Part shown: piece after piece, positions 28,892 through 39,278 of the stretch | Numbering within the stretch: the first letter of the stretch is position 1 | Layout: each line of letters opens with the position of its first letter | DNA from: an uncultured delta proteobacterium | GTDB lineage: Bacteria; Myxococcota_A; Polyangia; Polyangiales; B10-G4 | Assembly: GCA_963727445.1 (NCBI GenBank) | Contig: CAVSGI010000015.1 | Coordinates: 256,001 to 320,000, forward strand | DNA length: 64,000 bases | Reading direction: 5' to 3' | Made by a program: the position numbers and the translations under genes | The notes under the pieces: model-generated | Told to the model about the DNA's origin: nothing | Databases searched by the model: none | What the model saw: the letters and a program-made list of their open reading frames with translations, nothing else

Positions 28892-31267
28892 TCAGCGCGG
28901 CACCGACAGAGGCGGCGGCGCGGGATCGGTGAGCGGCCGGACGACCGCGAGCTGCCGCCGGAAGACCTCCGGGTCGGTGGTGGGGAGCTCGCAATGGCCC
29001 CGCTCGCACACATAAGCGGTGGGGCGGCCGTCGAGGGTGGTCTTGCCTTCGAGCAGGGGGCTCGCGTCGGTCGGCGCGCCCTGAACGAGCCGTAGCGCGA
29101 GCGCGTTCGGCAGATAGGTCTCGGCCAGGACCTCCTCGAGGGGCGACGCGCCCTGCCCCTCGGCGGAGACGATCACCACCTCCCGCGGCGCGTCGAGATC
29201 GAAGTCGAGGGCGGCGAGGGTCAGCGGCATGGCACCGCCCGCGCGGCGCATCGCGTCGGCGAATGCCGAAAGACCGCGCTCCGCCACTTCACGATGCGCG
29301 TCGTCACCGGTGAGCTCGGCGAGGCGGAGGCCGTTCAGGATCGCCACGGCGTTGCCCGAGGGGAGCGCCCCGTCGCGGCTCGGCTTGTCGCGGACGAGGA
29401 GCTGCTCGTGATCGTCAGCGGTGGCGTAGTAGCCGCCAGCCGCGTCGAGGTAGTGCGCGTTCAGCAGGGCCTCGAGGGCGCGCGCGCCCTCGAGGAGCTC
29501 CGCTTCGCCCGTCGCCTCGTAGGCGTCGAGGAGCGCAGCGATCGAGAAGGCGTAGTCGTCGAGGTAGGCGTCGTGACGCGCGCGCCCGTCGCGGTAGGCG
29601 CGGAGGAGCCGGCCGTCCTCGTCCCGGAGCTGGGCGAGAAGGAAGCGGCTGGCGCGGAGCGCGGCCTGACGATAGCGCTCCTCGGAGAAGGCCACGGCGG
29701 CGCGCGCGAACGCGCTGATCATCAGGCCGTTCCAGGCGGTGAGGATCTTGTCGTCGCGGAGCGGGGCGGGGCGTGCCTCGCGCGTTCGGTACAGATCGGC
29801 GCGCGACGAAGCGAGGGTCTCGCGAAGGACGCGCGGGGTGATCCCCAGCTCGGCGGCGACGGCGTCGTCGTCGCGCGCGCGGTGCAGGATGTTGCGGCCG
29901 TCGAAGTTCCCCGCGTCGGTCACGCCGTGGACCGCGCGGATGACGCGCGCCCGCTCGGGGCCGAGCGCGTCCTCGAGCTCCGCCGGGGTCCAGGTGAAGA
30001 AGTAGCCCTCTTCGGCGTGGCCCGAGGGGGCCAGGCTGTCGGCATCGGTCGCCGAGTAGAAGCCGCCCTCGGGGCTCGTCATCTCGCTGAGGACGTAGTC
30101 GAGGGTCTCTCGGGCGACCTCCCGGTAGAGCCCCTTGCCGGTGGCGCGAAAGGCCGCGGTGTAGACCGCGGCGAGCTGCGCGTTGTCGTAGAGCATCTTT
30201 TCGAAGTGCGGCACGAGCCACGCCCCGTCGGTGGCGTAGCGATGAAAGCCGCCGCCGACGTGGTCGTAGATCCCGCCGCGATACATCGCTTCGAGGGTGT
30301 GCTCGACGATCGCGAGCGCCCCCGGATCGCCCGTGCGCCGGTGATAGCGCAAGAGGAGCTCGAGGCGCGCGGGCTGCGGAAACTTCGGCGCGCGCCCGAA
30401 ACCGCCGCGCACCGGATCGTAGGATCGGGCCATCCAGGCGACGGCGCTGACGATCGCCTCGGGTCCTGGCACACCCGCGGCCGGCGCATACCGAGCGCTG
30501 TCCCTCAGCCGCTGGCTCATCCGCGCCGCGTCGGCGACGAGCGCTTCGCGGTCGGTCCGATAGCGCGTGGCGACGTCGGTCAACAGGGACAAGAGCCCGC
30601 GCTGCGCACCGCGCACCCCGTCGCGCGGCGGGAAATAGGTCCCGCCGAAGAACGGCTCTTTGTCCGGCGTCATCAGCACCGTCATCGGCCAGCCGCCCCC
30701 GCCGGTCATCATCTGCACCGCGCGCATGTAGACCTCGTCGATGTCGGGTCGCTCCTCGCGGTCCACCTTGATCGCGACGAAGTGCTCGTTGAGGTACGCC
30801 GCGATCTCGAGGTCCTCGAAGGACTCGCGCTCCATCACGTGACACCAATGGCAGGTCGAGTACCCGATGGAGAGGAAGATCGGCTTGCCCTCCGCGCGGG
30901 CCTTGTCGAAGGCCTCGGGCCCCCACGGAAACCAGTTCACGGGGTTGTGGGCGTGCTGCAGCAGGTACGGGCTGCTCTCGAGGATCAGCCGGTTGACGAA
31001 GCGCGGCTCGCCGTCCTCGAGGTGCTCGGTGCGCGGCTCGTAGTCGTCGCCCTCGTCGGCGAGGGCCCGCCGAAGCCGGCGCTCGGCTTCGGGACTCGGG
31101 CGATCGACGCCGGGGAGCGCCGGGTCGCCGCCGATCGCCTCGGGGACGTCGCCGCGCCCAGTGATCTCCGGCGCAGCGGTGGATGTGGCTGCTGACCTGC
31201 GGGGGCTCGCGGAGCCGCAATCGCAGGCAACCAGGAAGAGCAGCGCGAAGAGGCTCGACGATTTCAT
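28892..31267 (-). CDS. Thioredoxin-domain protein, DUF255/YyaL/SSP411 family
   Basis: [60 protein letters not shown]. Confidence 0.92.
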   Translation of the reverse strand: MKSSSLFALLFLVACDCGSASPRRSAATSTAAPEITGRGDVPEAIGGDPALPGVDRPSPEAERRLRRALADEGDDYEPRTEHLEDGEPRFVNRLILESSPYLLQHAHNPVNWFPWGPEAFDKARAEGKPIFLSIGYSTCHWCHVMERESFEDLEIAAYLNEHFVAIKVDREERPDIDEVYMRAVQMMTGGGGWPMTVLMTPDKEPFFGGTYFPPRDGVRGAQRGLLSLLTDVATRYRTDREALVADAARMSQRLRDSARYAPAAGVPGPEAIVSAVAWMARSYDPVRGGFGRAPKFPQPARLELLLRYHRRTGDPGALAIVEHTLEAMYRGGIYDHVGGGFHRYATDGAWLVPHFEKMLYDNAQLAAVYTAAFRATGKGLYREVARETLDYVLSEMTSPEGGFYSATDADSLAPSGHAEEGYFFTWTPAELEDALGPERARVIRAVHGVTDAGNFDGRNILHRARDDDAVAAELGITPRVLRETLASSRADLYRTREARPAPLRDDKILTAWNGLMISAFARAAVAFSEERYRQAALRASRFLLAQLRDEDGRLLRAYRDGRARHDAYLDDYAFSIAALLDAYEATGEAELLEGARALEALLNAHYLDAAGGYYATADDHEQLLVRDKPSRDGALPSGNAVAILNGLRLAELTGDDAHREVAERGLSAFADAMRRAGGAMPLTLAALDFDLDAPREVVIVSAEGQGASPLEEVLAETYLPNALALRLVQGAPTDASPLLEGKTTLDGRPTAYVCERGHCELPTTDPEVFRRQLAVVRPLTDPAPPPLSVPR

Positions 31268-31356
31268 CCGCCGGCAGTCTACGCGCCGATTGGAATTCGG
31301 GCGCCCCGGGGCCGACTCAGCCCGAGGGGAGGGGGTGTCTTCCCCGGGGAGGCGAC

Positions 31357-32484
31357 ATGCGACTCGGGCACTCTTTCGTCTGGATCACCGTGCTCTCGAT
31401 GATCTCCGGCTGTGATCCCTTTCGCCTTCCGGAGGCGGAGGAAGAGCCCGACTCGAGCTTTTCGTCGAGCGGCCTCGGCGACGGTCCCACGCTCGCGCGC
31501 TTCGAGATCTGCAACAACGGCATCGACGACGACCAGAACGGGTCGATCGACGACGGCTGCGTCTGCAGGGTCGGCGCGACCCAGAATTGCTACCCCGGTT
31601 GGCCCGAGACGGCGGGGGTCGGCGCCTGCGGCTTCGGCGAGCAGACCTGCGTGGCGCGGGGCTCCATCGGCGCGTGGGCCAACGTGTGCACCGGCGCCAT
31701 CGCGCCGGGGGTCGAGACCTGTGATGACGGCTTCGATGACGACTGCGACGGGGCGATCGATGAAGGCTGCTCGTGCACCCTCGGCGCGGAGCAACCCTGC
31801 TTCACCGGTCCCGCCGCGCGCGCCGACATCGGGACCTGCGCCAGTGGCCTGCAGCATTGCGTCGAAGGGCCGGAGCTCGAAGGTGTGCCCAGTGGAATTT
31901 GGGGTGCGTGCGAGGGATCCGTCGAACCGACGGCGGAACGGTGCAACGGAGAAGATGACGACTGTGATGGTGCGGTCGACGACATCCGCGAGCTCTGCGA
32001 CCTCGTCGACAACGACTGCGACGCGACGATCGATGAAGGCGACGCGTGCGCGGCGCTCTCCGCCGCGGCCGTTCTCACCCGCTACTGGCCTCCGAGCGGC
32101 TCCGGCGTGCTCCCCGGGACGGCCCAACTCTTCGTGATGCGCGAATCCGCGCCAGAAGACTGCAGCGCGCCGAACGTGCGGGTCGAGGTGAGGCCTGGCG
32201 AGATCCTCTGCGTCTCGCCGCCTCCCCGCGACTGTCCCGAGGGCACCCGCTACGACTGGGTCGACGGCTCCTGGGCCTGTGTGCGCTGCGAGCTGTTGGT
32301 CCAGTTCGGAGGCCTCTTCGACTACGAGCGAACCTGTGCTCCCGCCCCCGACATCCTCTGTCCCGCCGGCCAGGTCCCCACCTACGGCGCCGAGACCCGC
32401 GCCTGGGAGTGCATCCCGGAATGCGACAACGGCAGCTACGACCGGGCCTACCACGAGGGAACGTTGGTTTGCGTCCCGTGTTGA
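31357..32484 (+). CDS. Cys-rich lipoprotein with putative metal-binding (MopE-related) repeats
   Basis: GGGAGG RBS; lipobox ISG-C; repeated E.C.G.DDDCDG.IDE motifs. Confidence 0.78.
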   Translation: MRLGHSFVWITVLSMISGCDPFRLPEAEEEPDSSFSSSGLGDGPTLARFEICNNGIDDDQNGSIDDGCVCRVGATQNCYPGWPETAGVGACGFGEQTCVARGSIGAWANVCTGAIAPGVETCDDGFDDDCDGAIDEGCSCTLGAEQPCFTGPAARADIGTCASGLQHCVEGPELEGVPSGIWGACEGSVEPTAERCNGEDDDCDGAVDDIRELCDLVDNDCDATIDEGDACAALSAAAVLTRYWPPSGSGVLPGTAQLFVMRESAPEDCSAPNVRVEVRPGEILCVSPPPRDCPEGTRYDWVDGSWACVRCELLVQFGGLFDYERTCAPAPDILCPAGQVPTYGAETRAWECIPECDNGSYDRAYHEGTLVCVPC

Positions 32485-32491
32485 GTCTCGC

Positions 32492-33271
32492 TCAAGTGCT
32501 CGCGACCACGCCGGGGTGAACCGCCACGCCCGATCCTTCCGCGAGGGCGACCGAGAACGGCTCTTCGTCCGTGAGGAACGCCCATGCGTCTCCGTAGGCC
32601 GCACCGAAGTCCACGTCGATGTCGTGACTCCGCACCTCGTAGACCCGCCAGCGTGGATGGTGCACGCGGTACTCCACCCGGCGGCCCTCGCGGTCCGTTC
32701 CGAAGCCGTGGTCGTGCTCCTTGAAGAAGTGCTCGATGGAGCCCTCGTCGGGCAGATAGGGTGTGGGCGCGCCCACCACCTCGAGCTCGTGGGTCCGGCC
32801 ACCGAAGCGGAAGCGGTGGCGGACGCGAATCGACTCGGCGTCGTGATGCACCTCGCTCTCCATGTCCGCCGCCGAATAGGGCTCGCCATAGAGCGTGCGC
32901 GCGGCCCAGGCGACGAAGGCCTGCGGCACCAGCTCGCGGACGAAGGCCACGCCGCGCTTTCCGTCGCGCCGTACGTAGACCCGGAGGTTCACCTCTGGGA
33001 AATTCACGAAGCCCGGCCAGCGGATGCCCCCCACACGGGTATCGAGGAAGTCGAAGGCGACCAGGCTCACGAAGGCGTTGCCCTCGGTGCTGTCACGATA
33101 GGACCCGGTGGTGGGCAGCCGATCGGCTTCGCATCCCGGCGGCAGGATCTCGGCGATGCGGTCGGGACGGATCGCGTAGGTGACGAGCGCCAGGTTTTCC
33201 CAGCGAGCGGTGAGAAAGGGCGAGGCCACGAGGCGGAAGGTATCAGGCCCGCCGCCTCTGCGTTCACTCAC
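32492..33271 (-). CDS. DUF2071/YqjF-family protein
   Basis: FLTARWENLAL; FVSLVAF; NFPEVNLRVYVR; VEYRVHHPRW. Confidence 0.82.
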   Translation of the reverse strand: MSERRGGGPDTFRLVASPFLTARWENLALVTYAIRPDRIAEILPPGCEADRLPTTGSYRDSTEGNAFVSLVAFDFLDTRVGGIRWPGFVNFPEVNLRVYVRRDGKRGVAFVRELVPQAFVAWAARTLYGEPYSAADMESEVHHDAESIRVRHRFRFGGRTHELEVVGAPTPYLPDEGSIEHFFKEHDHGFGTDREGRRVEYRVHHPRWRVYEVRSHDIDVDFGAAYGDAWAFLTDEEPFSVALAEGSGVAVHPGVVAST

Positions 33272-33321
33272 GCGACGGCTCGGACCATTCGCCCTAGACT
33301 CCCGGCCCCCACAGCGAGGTC

Positions 33322-34527
33322 ATGAACATGAAGAAGCTCCCCAAGGAAATCTGGATCGTCGCCGCGAAGCGGACCCCCTTCGGCACCCTGAGCGGCGCGC
33401 TCAAGAGCGTCAGCGCCATCGACCTCGCGGTCCACGCGAGCAAGGCCGCCATCGCGCAGTCGGGCCTGAGCCCCGACGAGATCGACCAGACCATCCTCGG
33501 CAACGTGCAGCAGACCAGCCCCGACGCCATCTACGGCGCGCGCCACGTCGGCCTCAAGAGCGGCCTGCCCATCGACAAGCCCGCCCTCACCGTGAACCGC
33601 CTCTGCGGCTCGGGCTTCCAGGCGGTGGTCACCGCGGCCGAGCAGATCCTCCTCGGCGACGCCAAGGCGGTCCTCGCCGCCGGCTCCGAGTCCATGAGCC
33701 AGGCGCCCCACGTCATCTACGGCATGCGCGACGGCGCCGCCCGCTTCGGCAAGCCGCCGAAGCTCACCGACTCGCTCTGGGACGCCCTCACCGACAGCTA
33801 TGTGAAGACCCCCATGGCGATGACCGCCGAGAACCTCGGCGACGAGTACGGCATCACCCGCGAGATGAGCGACGAGTTCGCGCTGAAGTCGCAGCAGCGC
33901 TGGGCGGCGGCTCACGAGTCGGGCGGCTTCGCCGACGAGATCGCGCCGATGGAGATCCCGTCGCGCAAGAAGACGATCACCGTCGACCGCGACGAGCACC
34001 CACGCCCCGAAACCACGATGGAGATCCTCGCGAAGCTCCCGCCCGTCTTCAAGAAGGACGGCCTGGTGACCGCGGGCAACGCCAGCGGCATTTGCGACGG
34101 CGCCGCGGCGCTCCTCGTGGTCGACGGTGAGTGGGCCAAGGGCCGCGGCCTGTCGCCCCTCGCCAAGCTCGTGAACTGGGGCGTCGCCGGCGTCGATCCC
34201 AACATCATGGGCATCGGCCCCGCCCCAGCGATCCGCAACGCCCTCGAGCGCGCCGGCCTCGCCCAGGACGACATCGACCTCTTCGACGTCAACGAAGCCT
34301 TCGCCCCGCAGTTCCTCGCGGTGCAGAAGGAGCTCGGCCTGCCCGAGGATCGCACCAACGTCAACGGCGGCGCGATCGCCCTCGGCCATCCCCTCGGCGC
34401 CACCGGCGCGCGCATCACCACCAACCTGATCTACACGCTCAAGAAGCAGGGCAAGAACCTGGCGGTGGGCTCGGCCTGCATCGGCGGCGGTCAGGGTATC
34501 GCGGTGGTCCTCGAAGCCGCCGGCTGA
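33322..34527 (+). CDS. Acetyl-CoA C-acyltransferase (thiolase)
   Basis: NRLCGSG, VTAGNASGICDGA, NEAFA, GGAIALGHPLGATG, CIGGGQG. Confidence 0.95.
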   Translation: MNMKKLPKEIWIVAAKRTPFGTLSGALKSVSAIDLAVHASKAAIAQSGLSPDEIDQTILGNVQQTSPDAIYGARHVGLKSGLPIDKPALTVNRLCGSGFQAVVTAAEQILLGDAKAVLAAGSESMSQAPHVIYGMRDGAARFGKPPKLTDSLWDALTDSYVKTPMAMTAENLGDEYGITREMSDEFALKSQQRWAAAHESGGFADEIAPMEIPSRKKTITVDRDEHPRPETTMEILAKLPPVFKKDGLVTAGNASGICDGAAALLVVDGEWAKGRGLSPLAKLVNWGVAGVDPNIMGIGPAPAIRNALERAGLAQDDIDLFDVNEAFAPQFLAVQKELGLPEDRTNVNGGAIALGHPLGATGARITTNLIYTLKKQGKNLAVGSACIGGGQGIAVVLEAAG

Positions 34528-34585
34528 GGTCGCTCCGAGGACGCGATCGTCGTCGTACGGCCGAGGCGGGGGTACCCTCTGGGCT

Positions 34586-35539
34586 GTGCGGACGACGACG
34601 TGCATCGTGGCGGCGAGCGTCGCGCTCGGGCTCATCGGATGCTCCGAACGAGCCCGGGAGCTCGAGTGGGAGATCGCTTTTGGGGCGGGCGTGAGCGACG
34701 CGCGTGCCCTTCGCGTGGAGACGCGCATCCTCGCGGGCGGCTGCACGTCGGCAGAGGAAGTCTATGGAGCCGACGTGCGCCCCTCCGCCCCCACCGGCCC
34801 ACGACCCGACGCGCTGTCCCCCGGCGCCTACGGCTTCTCCGCCGTGGCCGTAGACGATGGCTGCGTGCCTTTCGCGCGGGGCTGCACCCAGGTGACCCTC
34901 CCGCTCGCCGACGGCGAACGCGTGAGGGTGATGCTCGACGCGGACGACTCGGCCATGGCGCGATGCCCGGCGAGCGCGTGCATGACGGGCGTGTGCAATG
35001 GGATCGACGCAGGCGGCGGCGATGCGACTGTCGACGCGGACGGGGCTGCGCCCGACGCCTTCGACGCAGCCCCCGACGCGGCGCTCGGCGGGCAGGCCGA
35101 CGTCTGCGAGACCGACGGCGACTGCATGGACGGCTTCTCCTGCGTCCTCGTGCGCAGCGACGGCGCGCCGCCCTACCTCTGCGCGCGCGACTGCATGACC
35201 GACGCCGACTGTCCCGACGCGCCGGGATCGGTCTGCCGCGACCGAGGCGCGGATCGCGTCTGCACCACCAACTGTGATCCGCGGGACGTCGAGGCCTGTC
35301 CCATGGGCACCAAGTGCGTCGTCATCGGCAACAGCGGAGAGGAGACTCAGTGTGCGGCCGCCGGGACCGGCGGCTGCGCGGGCGGCGACTTCTGCCCACC
35401 CGGCCGGCGATGCTGCTGCGAGACCATCATCGGCTGCCGCCCCTACTGCGACACCCGCGAGCCGACCGCCGGGCAGTGCGACGCCGGCCAGGACTGCCTC
35501 CCGATGAACATGATCGGGCCTTGGGGTGTGTGCCTCTGA
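34586..35539 (+). CDS. Cys-rich lipoprotein
   Basis: Lipobox LIG-C; DAG linker; multiple C..D.DC modules. Confidence 0.72.
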   Translation: MRTTTCIVAASVALGLIGCSERARELEWEIAFGAGVSDARALRVETRILAGGCTSAEEVYGADVRPSAPTGPRPDALSPGAYGFSAVAVDDGCVPFARGCTQVTLPLADGERVRVMLDADDSAMARCPASACMTGVCNGIDAGGGDATVDADGAAPDAFDAAPDAALGGQADVCETDGDCMDGFSCVLVRSDGAPPYLCARDCMTDADCPDAPGSVCRDRGADRVCTTNCDPRDVEACPMGTKCVVIGNSGEETQCAAAGTGGCAGGDFCPPGRRCCCETIIGCRPYCDTREPTAGQCDAGQDCLPMNMIGPWGVCL

Positions 35540-35582
35540 GGCATGATCGCGAGCCGAGGGTGGGTGCGTGTATTCTTCGCGG

Positions 35583-37586
35583 ATGAGATCCTTCGCTGCT
35601 TCTTTCACGCTCGCGACGCTCATCGTTTCCAACACTGCCCACGCCTACCTCGACGTCGTCGCCTTCACCGGCGACGTCGCGGTGTTGGGTGTCGAGTTCC
35701 AGGGGGACGCCCTCGCCTTCAGTGTCAACGGAGCCGACCAGCTCGCCTTCACCTTCCCGGGGCAGTCAGCCACGGACTCGGCGGTGCGCGGCGACGCCGT
35801 GTGGATGCGCGAAGGGGCGACGCTCACCCTGGTGGCCGGCCCCGACTTTCCCGGCGTCACGCGCCTCATCGACTTCGCACCCGACATCCCCTCGCGCCTC
35901 GCCAGCCGTCTCTTCTTCGACGACGACGGAACCATCTATCTGATGGGAACGGAGTCCGGTAACGACGCGATCTACGCGCTGCACACGACCGACGGAACCC
36001 ATGATGTGGTCGCGCGGGAGGGAGATGCGGCGCCCGGCGGCGGCACCTACAGCGCGCTCGACGGTTTTCAGATGCACGCCGGCGGCCCGCTCGTCTTCCA
36101 CGCGACCGCCTCTGGCGCTGCGGGCATCTTCGCCTACGAGGACGGGGCCGTGCGCCGCGTCGTCTCGGTCGGCGACACGCTCCTGGGACGCACGGTGGAC
36201 CTCGTCGGAGAGGCCGCTGCCGACTCGGGAGGCAGGATCTACTTCGACGCGACCGTGAGCGACACGTCGGGAAGCGCCGGGGGCATCTTCCTGCACGATG
36301 GGACCTCGTTCTCGCAGGTGGTCGCGCCGGCGCCGGAAGCTGCGGACGCCGTGGAGAGCATCACGGGCTTTCAGGTCGCCCCGAACGCAGGGCTCTTCTG
36401 GTCGGGCGCCAAGTGGACGGACGCCGGAGGCGGGAGCTTCATCCCCGAGCCGGTGCTCGTGAACGTCGCTACGGGTGGAAGCGAGACGACGCTCCTGTCG
36501 GCCGCGACCGACCTGGGTGGAAACACCTTCGAAGGGGTCATCCAGTTCGCAGTCAGCAACGAGGGGGTCGTGGTCGACGCCTCGGTCGCGGACGGCGTCG
36601 GCACCGTGGAGGCCCTCGTGAGCGTCTCCATCGACGGCACCGCTCGACTCCACACAGTCGTTGGACAGGTGATCTCCGGGCTCGACCACTCGTACGGCGC
36701 GCTGAGCCAGCTGACCGGCATCTCGACAGGCAGGTTCTACGTGAAAGCGTTCGATGGGACGGGTAACGACGTCGTCGATTCGTTCGCGATGGATACCCCG
36801 TCCCCCGTCCTGAAGAAGGGCGGCTTCATCGACGAGCCCGAGACCCTGGTCGCCGACACGATGGGCTTCTACCGCAACGCAGGTGTCTCCTGGCCGCTCA
36901 CCAGCGGTGGACGGGCTTGCTTGCAGGTCACCACCAACGACTTCAAGTCGGCGATTGCCTGCGACACCGACATCTTCGCGACAGCAATCGACTCACTCGT
37001 GGTCGAGGGCTCGCTCACCGTCGACACGACTAGGGCGTCGCAGCAGCTGACCGCGGACGCCTCGATCAAGGTGTCAGGCACCTCGGTTGCGCCGACCTGG
37101 ATGCTCGAAGGGACCTTCTCCCAACCGGTGCAGGGCGGGCGCATCTTCGTGGTCGATACGCTCCTCGCCGAGCACCCAGAGCTCTGCGACTTCATCCTCG
37201 ACGGGGAGCTCGCCACGGGCTTTCGCTGCTCACAGACCGATGCGGCGGTCTTCGGACTCGATTCCGCCGGCCTCGGGATGGACGCGTTGTTCGACATGCC
37301 GAGCGGATTCACCGAAGACACACTCACCGTGACGTGGAACCTCACAGGTGAAGACGAAGCTGGGCAGGCCCTGACGTCTGGGACGGACACGACCACCCTC
37401 ACCAACCTGCACATGGCGTTGGGCCTCACGGGCGCGGACGGCGGCACGGATGCGGGCGCCGACGGGGGAGGCATGGGAAGCGGCGGCGGGGGCATCTGCT
37501 CCTCCGCCGGCTCCCTCGACAGCACCCCCGCCCACCTCGCGGTCACCTGCCTCCTCCTCTTCGCCGCCCGTCGCCGGCGGCGCTGA
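35583..37586 (+). CDS. Secreted beta-rich repeat protein with MYXO-CTERM-like tail
   Basis: Signal AHA-Y; repeats VVAREGDAAPGG / G.LVF.A / GIF; tail GGGGICSS...hydrophobic...ARRRRR. Confidence 0.72.
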   Translation: MRSFAASFTLATLIVSNTAHAYLDVVAFTGDVAVLGVEFQGDALAFSVNGADQLAFTFPGQSATDSAVRGDAVWMREGATLTLVAGPDFPGVTRLIDFAPDIPSRLASRLFFDDDGTIYLMGTESGNDAIYALHTTDGTHDVVAREGDAAPGGGTYSALDGFQMHAGGPLVFHATASGAAGIFAYEDGAVRRVVSVGDTLLGRTVDLVGEAAADSGGRIYFDATVSDTSGSAGGIFLHDGTSFSQVVAPAPEAADAVESITGFQVAPNAGLFWSGAKWTDAGGGSFIPEPVLVNVATGGSETTLLSAATDLGGNTFEGVIQFAVSNEGVVVDASVADGVGTVEALVSVSIDGTARLHTVVGQVISGLDHSYGALSQLTGISTGRFYVKAFDGTGNDVVDSFAMDTPSPVLKKGGFIDEPETLVADTMGFYRNAGVSWPLTSGGRACLQVTTNDFKSAIACDTDIFATAIDSLVVEGSLTVDTTRASQQLTADASIKVSGTSVAPTWMLEGTFSQPVQGGRIFVVDTLLAEHPELCDFILDGELATGFRCSQTDAAVFGLDSAGLGMDALFDMPSGFTEDTLTVTWNLTGEDEAGQALTSGTDTTTLTNLHMALGLTGADGGTDAGADGGGMGSGGGGICSSAGSLDSTPAHLAVTCLLLFAARRRRR

Positions 37587-37603
37587 GGTAGCCTCCCCCG
37601 CAC

Positions 37604-39262
37604 ATGGGGGAATCGACCGGCGAATCAGAGGAGGCCCAGAGCCCCGAAGAGGAGCGCGCCGCGAAGAAGCAGCGCGCCATCGTTCGGCGTGTCCTCTTCT
37701 TCGTCGCGCCGATGATCCCCACGCTGATCATCCCGTGGAAGATCGGCTTCGGCTGGGAGATGAACGAGCGGACGGATACGACCGCTTTCGTCTCGGTTCC
37801 GCTCATCGCCCTCGCGGCGACCGTGGTCGCCCTCATGAAGAAGCGCTCACTCCTCGTGCGCTCACTGATCCTGGGCGGCCTCGGCGTGGCGCTCCTGGTG
37901 ATCGCGGACGACTTCCTCACCGCGCCGCGGGTGATCCGCGAATACGACCGCGACATCCAGAACCTCGACGCCTACGCGCTCTATGTCGGTCTGGGTGTAC
38001 CGCTCCTCGCGCTCACCATGGAGCTCTTCGCCGCCCTCGATCGCCGCTCGCGCCCGCGCGCGCTCCTCGCGGGGGCGGGCTGGGCGACACTGGTGCTCGC
38101 CTTCTTCGTCCCGATGCGAAGCGACCGCGTCGAGTCCATGCCCTTCCTGGTGATGACGGAGCTGGTGGACGACGCGCAACACACGCCGGGCAAGCTCCTC
38201 CTCGCCGCGCCCATGAGCATCGTGCTGCTCTTGTCGATCGGCGCGGCGACTCTCACCATTCTCCGTCTGATCGGCGACGCCGAGCAGCGCGAGAAGTGGC
38301 GCCCGCGCTCGGGCTGCCTCGCCATCGGGATCGGCGTCGTGCCCGCGGTGCTCTGCCTGCTCGGGTTCACGCTCGGCGCGATCATGGACGAGATAGAATG
38401 GCTGGGCACCGCGATCGACGGGGGACTTTGGACGCTGGGCTTCTGGCTGGGGATGCCGGCGCTCCTCGCGGCGGGGCTCGACGGCCTCGCCACCACGACC
38501 TCCCTCGCCTTCGGCCGGGGCGAGCCGACGCACGTGAAGCGCGCCCGCCTCGGGCTCGGGATGGTGCTGGGGCTGTCGGTCCTCTCCTGCCTCACGCCGG
38601 TGGCGCTGAACCTGATGCCGGACTCTCGCGACGACGACGCCGGTGAGCTCCTCCTCGAGATCGCGCACGAGATTGTCGACACCAGCATGGGCGCCGAGCC
38701 CGACGTGCGCTTCGTCGGCGGGTACTCGGAGTTCGATCTGCGTGGCTCACGGGGCGCACTCCGGAGCGCCGCCGGCCAGGCGACGCCCGAGCTCCTCTAC
38801 GCGACCTTCGAGATGACCGTCACCAACCCGCGCGAAGCGACGGTGCTTCTCGGCATCGATCCCGATGGCGGCCTCCACTTCGTTGGCGGCAGCGCTCAGA
38901 TCGACGGATACCCAGTCTGGGAAACGCTGCGCCGCGCCTCCGAGCCTCTCGCCGACCTCGCGGATCGCATCGAGGAGGGCCTGACCTCCGTCACCTGCCT
39001 GCCCGCGGAGGCGCCCCCGGCGTTGCCAGAGCTCGACGCCGATCCCAGCGCTCTCGCTGGGCTCTGCAGCGCGACTCCCACGGGCGAAACGATTCCTCGT
39101 CGTATTCGCGACATCCCGTTCAGCACCGCAAACCCCGCGGCCGGAACCGGCGCCTACCGCGTCTGGGTAGACGCCGGCGGCACCACGCGCATCCTCGAGG
39201 GACGCCTCTACAGCCACGAAGGCCGGCTGTGGATCGGCAAGGCCACCCTCGCCGGCGAATGA
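37604..39262 (+). CDS. Polytopic membrane protein with C-terminal soluble domain
   Basis: About 9 hydrophobic helices followed by ~200-aa hydrophilic domain. Confidence 0.68.
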   Translation: MGESTGESEEAQSPEEERAAKKQRAIVRRVLFFVAPMIPTLIIPWKIGFGWEMNERTDTTAFVSVPLIALAATVVALMKKRSLLVRSLILGGLGVALLVIADDFLTAPRVIREYDRDIQNLDAYALYVGLGVPLLALTMELFAALDRRSRPRALLAGAGWATLVLAFFVPMRSDRVESMPFLVMTELVDDAQHTPGKLLLAAPMSIVLLLSIGAATLTILRLIGDAEQREKWRPRSGCLAIGIGVVPAVLCLLGFTLGAIMDEIEWLGTAIDGGLWTLGFWLGMPALLAAGLDGLATTTSLAFGRGEPTHVKRARLGLGMVLGLSVLSCLTPVALNLMPDSRDDDAGELLLEIAHEIVDTSMGAEPDVRFVGGYSEFDLRGSRGALRSAAGQATPELLYATFEMTVTNPREATVLLGIDPDGGLHFVGGSAQIDGYPVWETLRRASEPLADLADRIEEGLTSVTCLPAEAPPALPELDADPSALAGLCSATPTGETIPRRIRDIPFSTANPAAGTGAYRVWVDAGGTTRILEGRLYSHEGRLWIGKATLAGE

Positions 39263-39278
39263 GCGCCCGTGCTTCGGA

